From Octopus sinensis (Eukaryota): a stretch of 64,000 bases of DNA. Location of the stretch: positions 22,506,001-22,570,000 of the forward strand of contig NC_043016.1 in assembly GCF_006345805.1 (NCBI RefSeq), in the 5' to 3' direction. Shown here in pieces: positions 62,340 through 64,000 of this stretch (position 1 is the first letter of the stretch; every line of letters begins with the position of its first letter). The notes below the pieces were generated by a model. It saw only the letters and a list, made by a program, of their open reading frames with translations, had not been told where the DNA came from and ran no database searches. Made by a program: the position numbers and the translations under genes.

Positions 62340-64000
62340 GGGGAAATTTTGTTTGATTTCATTATATATTGTTTTGTTTATTTTTATTGTCAGAATGTGT
62401 GCTGGTGGTGTGGTTTTTGTTGGTATAACAAAATCTGTTATACTTGTACTGGTTGTGTTTTTCAAATACTCAACCAGTTCTTGGTTTTTTGTATTTATTG
62501 CTGTAAGTGCGTCTCTGTTTGTTTGTGTCTGTGGCAGTGGCAGTAGTGGTGTCGAAAGTGTTGTTGTTGTTTGTTGTTGTGAATGTGTGTTGTCGTTGAT
62601 GTTGTTGTTGATGTTTGGAAGCACTATTTGTTCGTGCTTCCCCTGTATATCTTTTTGTTTTTTCCTCCGTTTCTTTTTTGGAGGCACTGTGCTCCATTCT
62701 CCTTTGTTGGAATCAGAGCTCGCACAATCCGAGTACTCTTCATCCGGCAAAGGAATGGTTGAGGGGTCTGCTTCAGCAGCAGGACGAAAGGTTGTTGGTT
62801 CCGCCGGTATCGGTGGTGCCGCTGCTCCTGTTGCTGTTGATGTTGCTGCTGTCGACCTTCAAGGTACTGGTGTCGGTGTTGGTTTGGTGGTTGTTGTTGT
62901 TGGAGGTGGTGTTGTTCATCTTGGTGCTGGTGATGGTATTGGTGGTGTGGCAGCTTTTGGTGTTTCGTGTTGTTTCTGTTGTTGTTGTTGTTGTTGTTGT
63001 TGCTGCCTCTTGCTGTAAGCCTCCATTCTCTTTTTTTTTAATGGGGCAGTCCCTCTTTAAGTGGCTTTTGCAGCTGCAGAGGAAACATTTTGGCTTTCGC
63101 CCCTCTACATCAACGTTTAGCCTGGTGCCGTCCGGCAAACTCACGAAATCTGGGACCTTGCTGATATTTTCTTGCTGAATTTGAGCAAGAAGCAGCACTC
63201 CCATCCCCAACCAGTTTTTCTCCCTCACTCTCCTGACATCCAGAATGGTGGTAGTGTCCTCTATATCACAGAGGACAGCTGCCACCAGCCATGACATATC
63301 TAGTTCAGGGGGGGGCAAGGTCAATCTTTATTTTTGTCACTCTTCGCCCGAGGTGGGTTGGGACGAGTAACAAACTCTCAGTTTGCAAGGGCGAAATGGC
63401 GTTCGCCCTTGCTTGCTCCTCTGTTGGGAAGCGAACCTCCATGGTTCCGAAACGCTTCCCCTTGGTTACGTAGCTCTTTTGGGCCCAAATGGGCTTTAGA
63501 GCTATCTCTAACTGTTGGGGTGTGGCGTTTGTCATTTTTTTCAGTTTTCTATCGAAAACTGTGTATGTAATTGTTTTCCTGTTGGTGTTGTCAATTACAT
63601 CTTGTGGAGTATTGAGGAAGATGCTGTTGCCATCCTTCCTCAATAATTCCTTCGCTTTTTTTATGTCTTCTAAAGTTATCTTAACTTCGTCCGAAATTGC
63701 TTCGCAGCAGAAGCAAAATCGTTGGAAGTTTTTTCATTTTTCTCTGTGTTCATGTTTGTAATAATTTTGGTAATGTTTTTCCTTTCTCCTCCTTCCGTAC
63801 CAAAGCATTGGGTGAAGGAGAGGGGGAAAATCGGGAATTACGTCGAACGCGACGTCCTGGCTTGTATTCTCCTTTCGAACGGAGCGAGTGCTCTCCGGTT
63901 CGGAAGGAGGATCTTTGTTGCCTTTTAAGGCGTGAAGTGGTGTTTGGACGAGTTGTGTGTGTTTGCGGAGGGAATGTATTTGGAAGGAAGGACAGCCAAC
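62340..64000 (-). mobile_element. Tx1 family B copy B4, ORF1 only visible; lacks ORF2 and 3' UTR and runs off the window
   Basis: ORF1 motifs match B2; ends within the ORF1 C-terminus at a (GTC)4(GGC)3-poly(G) junction. Confidence 0.8.

Overview
Eukaryotic, transposon-saturated DNA with no recognisable host gene. The SINE and the (GAT)n-tailed RTE repeats resemble octopus repeats as I recall them; this taxon call is an inference. 1-20 kb: fragmented Helitron/Helentron pieces (Rep, PIF1 helicase, OTU, USP-like Cys box), one complete 2.4-kb non-autonomous Helitron, a HINE, a Hero/NeSL-like endonuclease relic and Penelope-like elements (PLEs). 20-45 kb: RTE LINEs, a mariner, a mariner MITE, PLEs with hammerhead ribozymes and a CR1 relic. 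45.6-64 kb: a head-to-tail array of Tx1-clade retrotransposons (family B) separated by (AAT)n. The most notable system is a ~2.1-kb ORF1-only relative of Tx1 (family A; no endonuclease or RT, HAL1-like architecture). It sits at the same nucleotide inside the tRNA-derived head of two separate SINE copies, as tandem arrays of 2 and 3 elements, each separated by a 12-15 bp target-site duplication (TSD). A sixth, 5'-truncated copy lies at a look-alike site in a Helitron helicase. Coordinates were read by eye and may be off by a few bases. Many frameshifts fall in homopolymer runs and could be sequencing errors.
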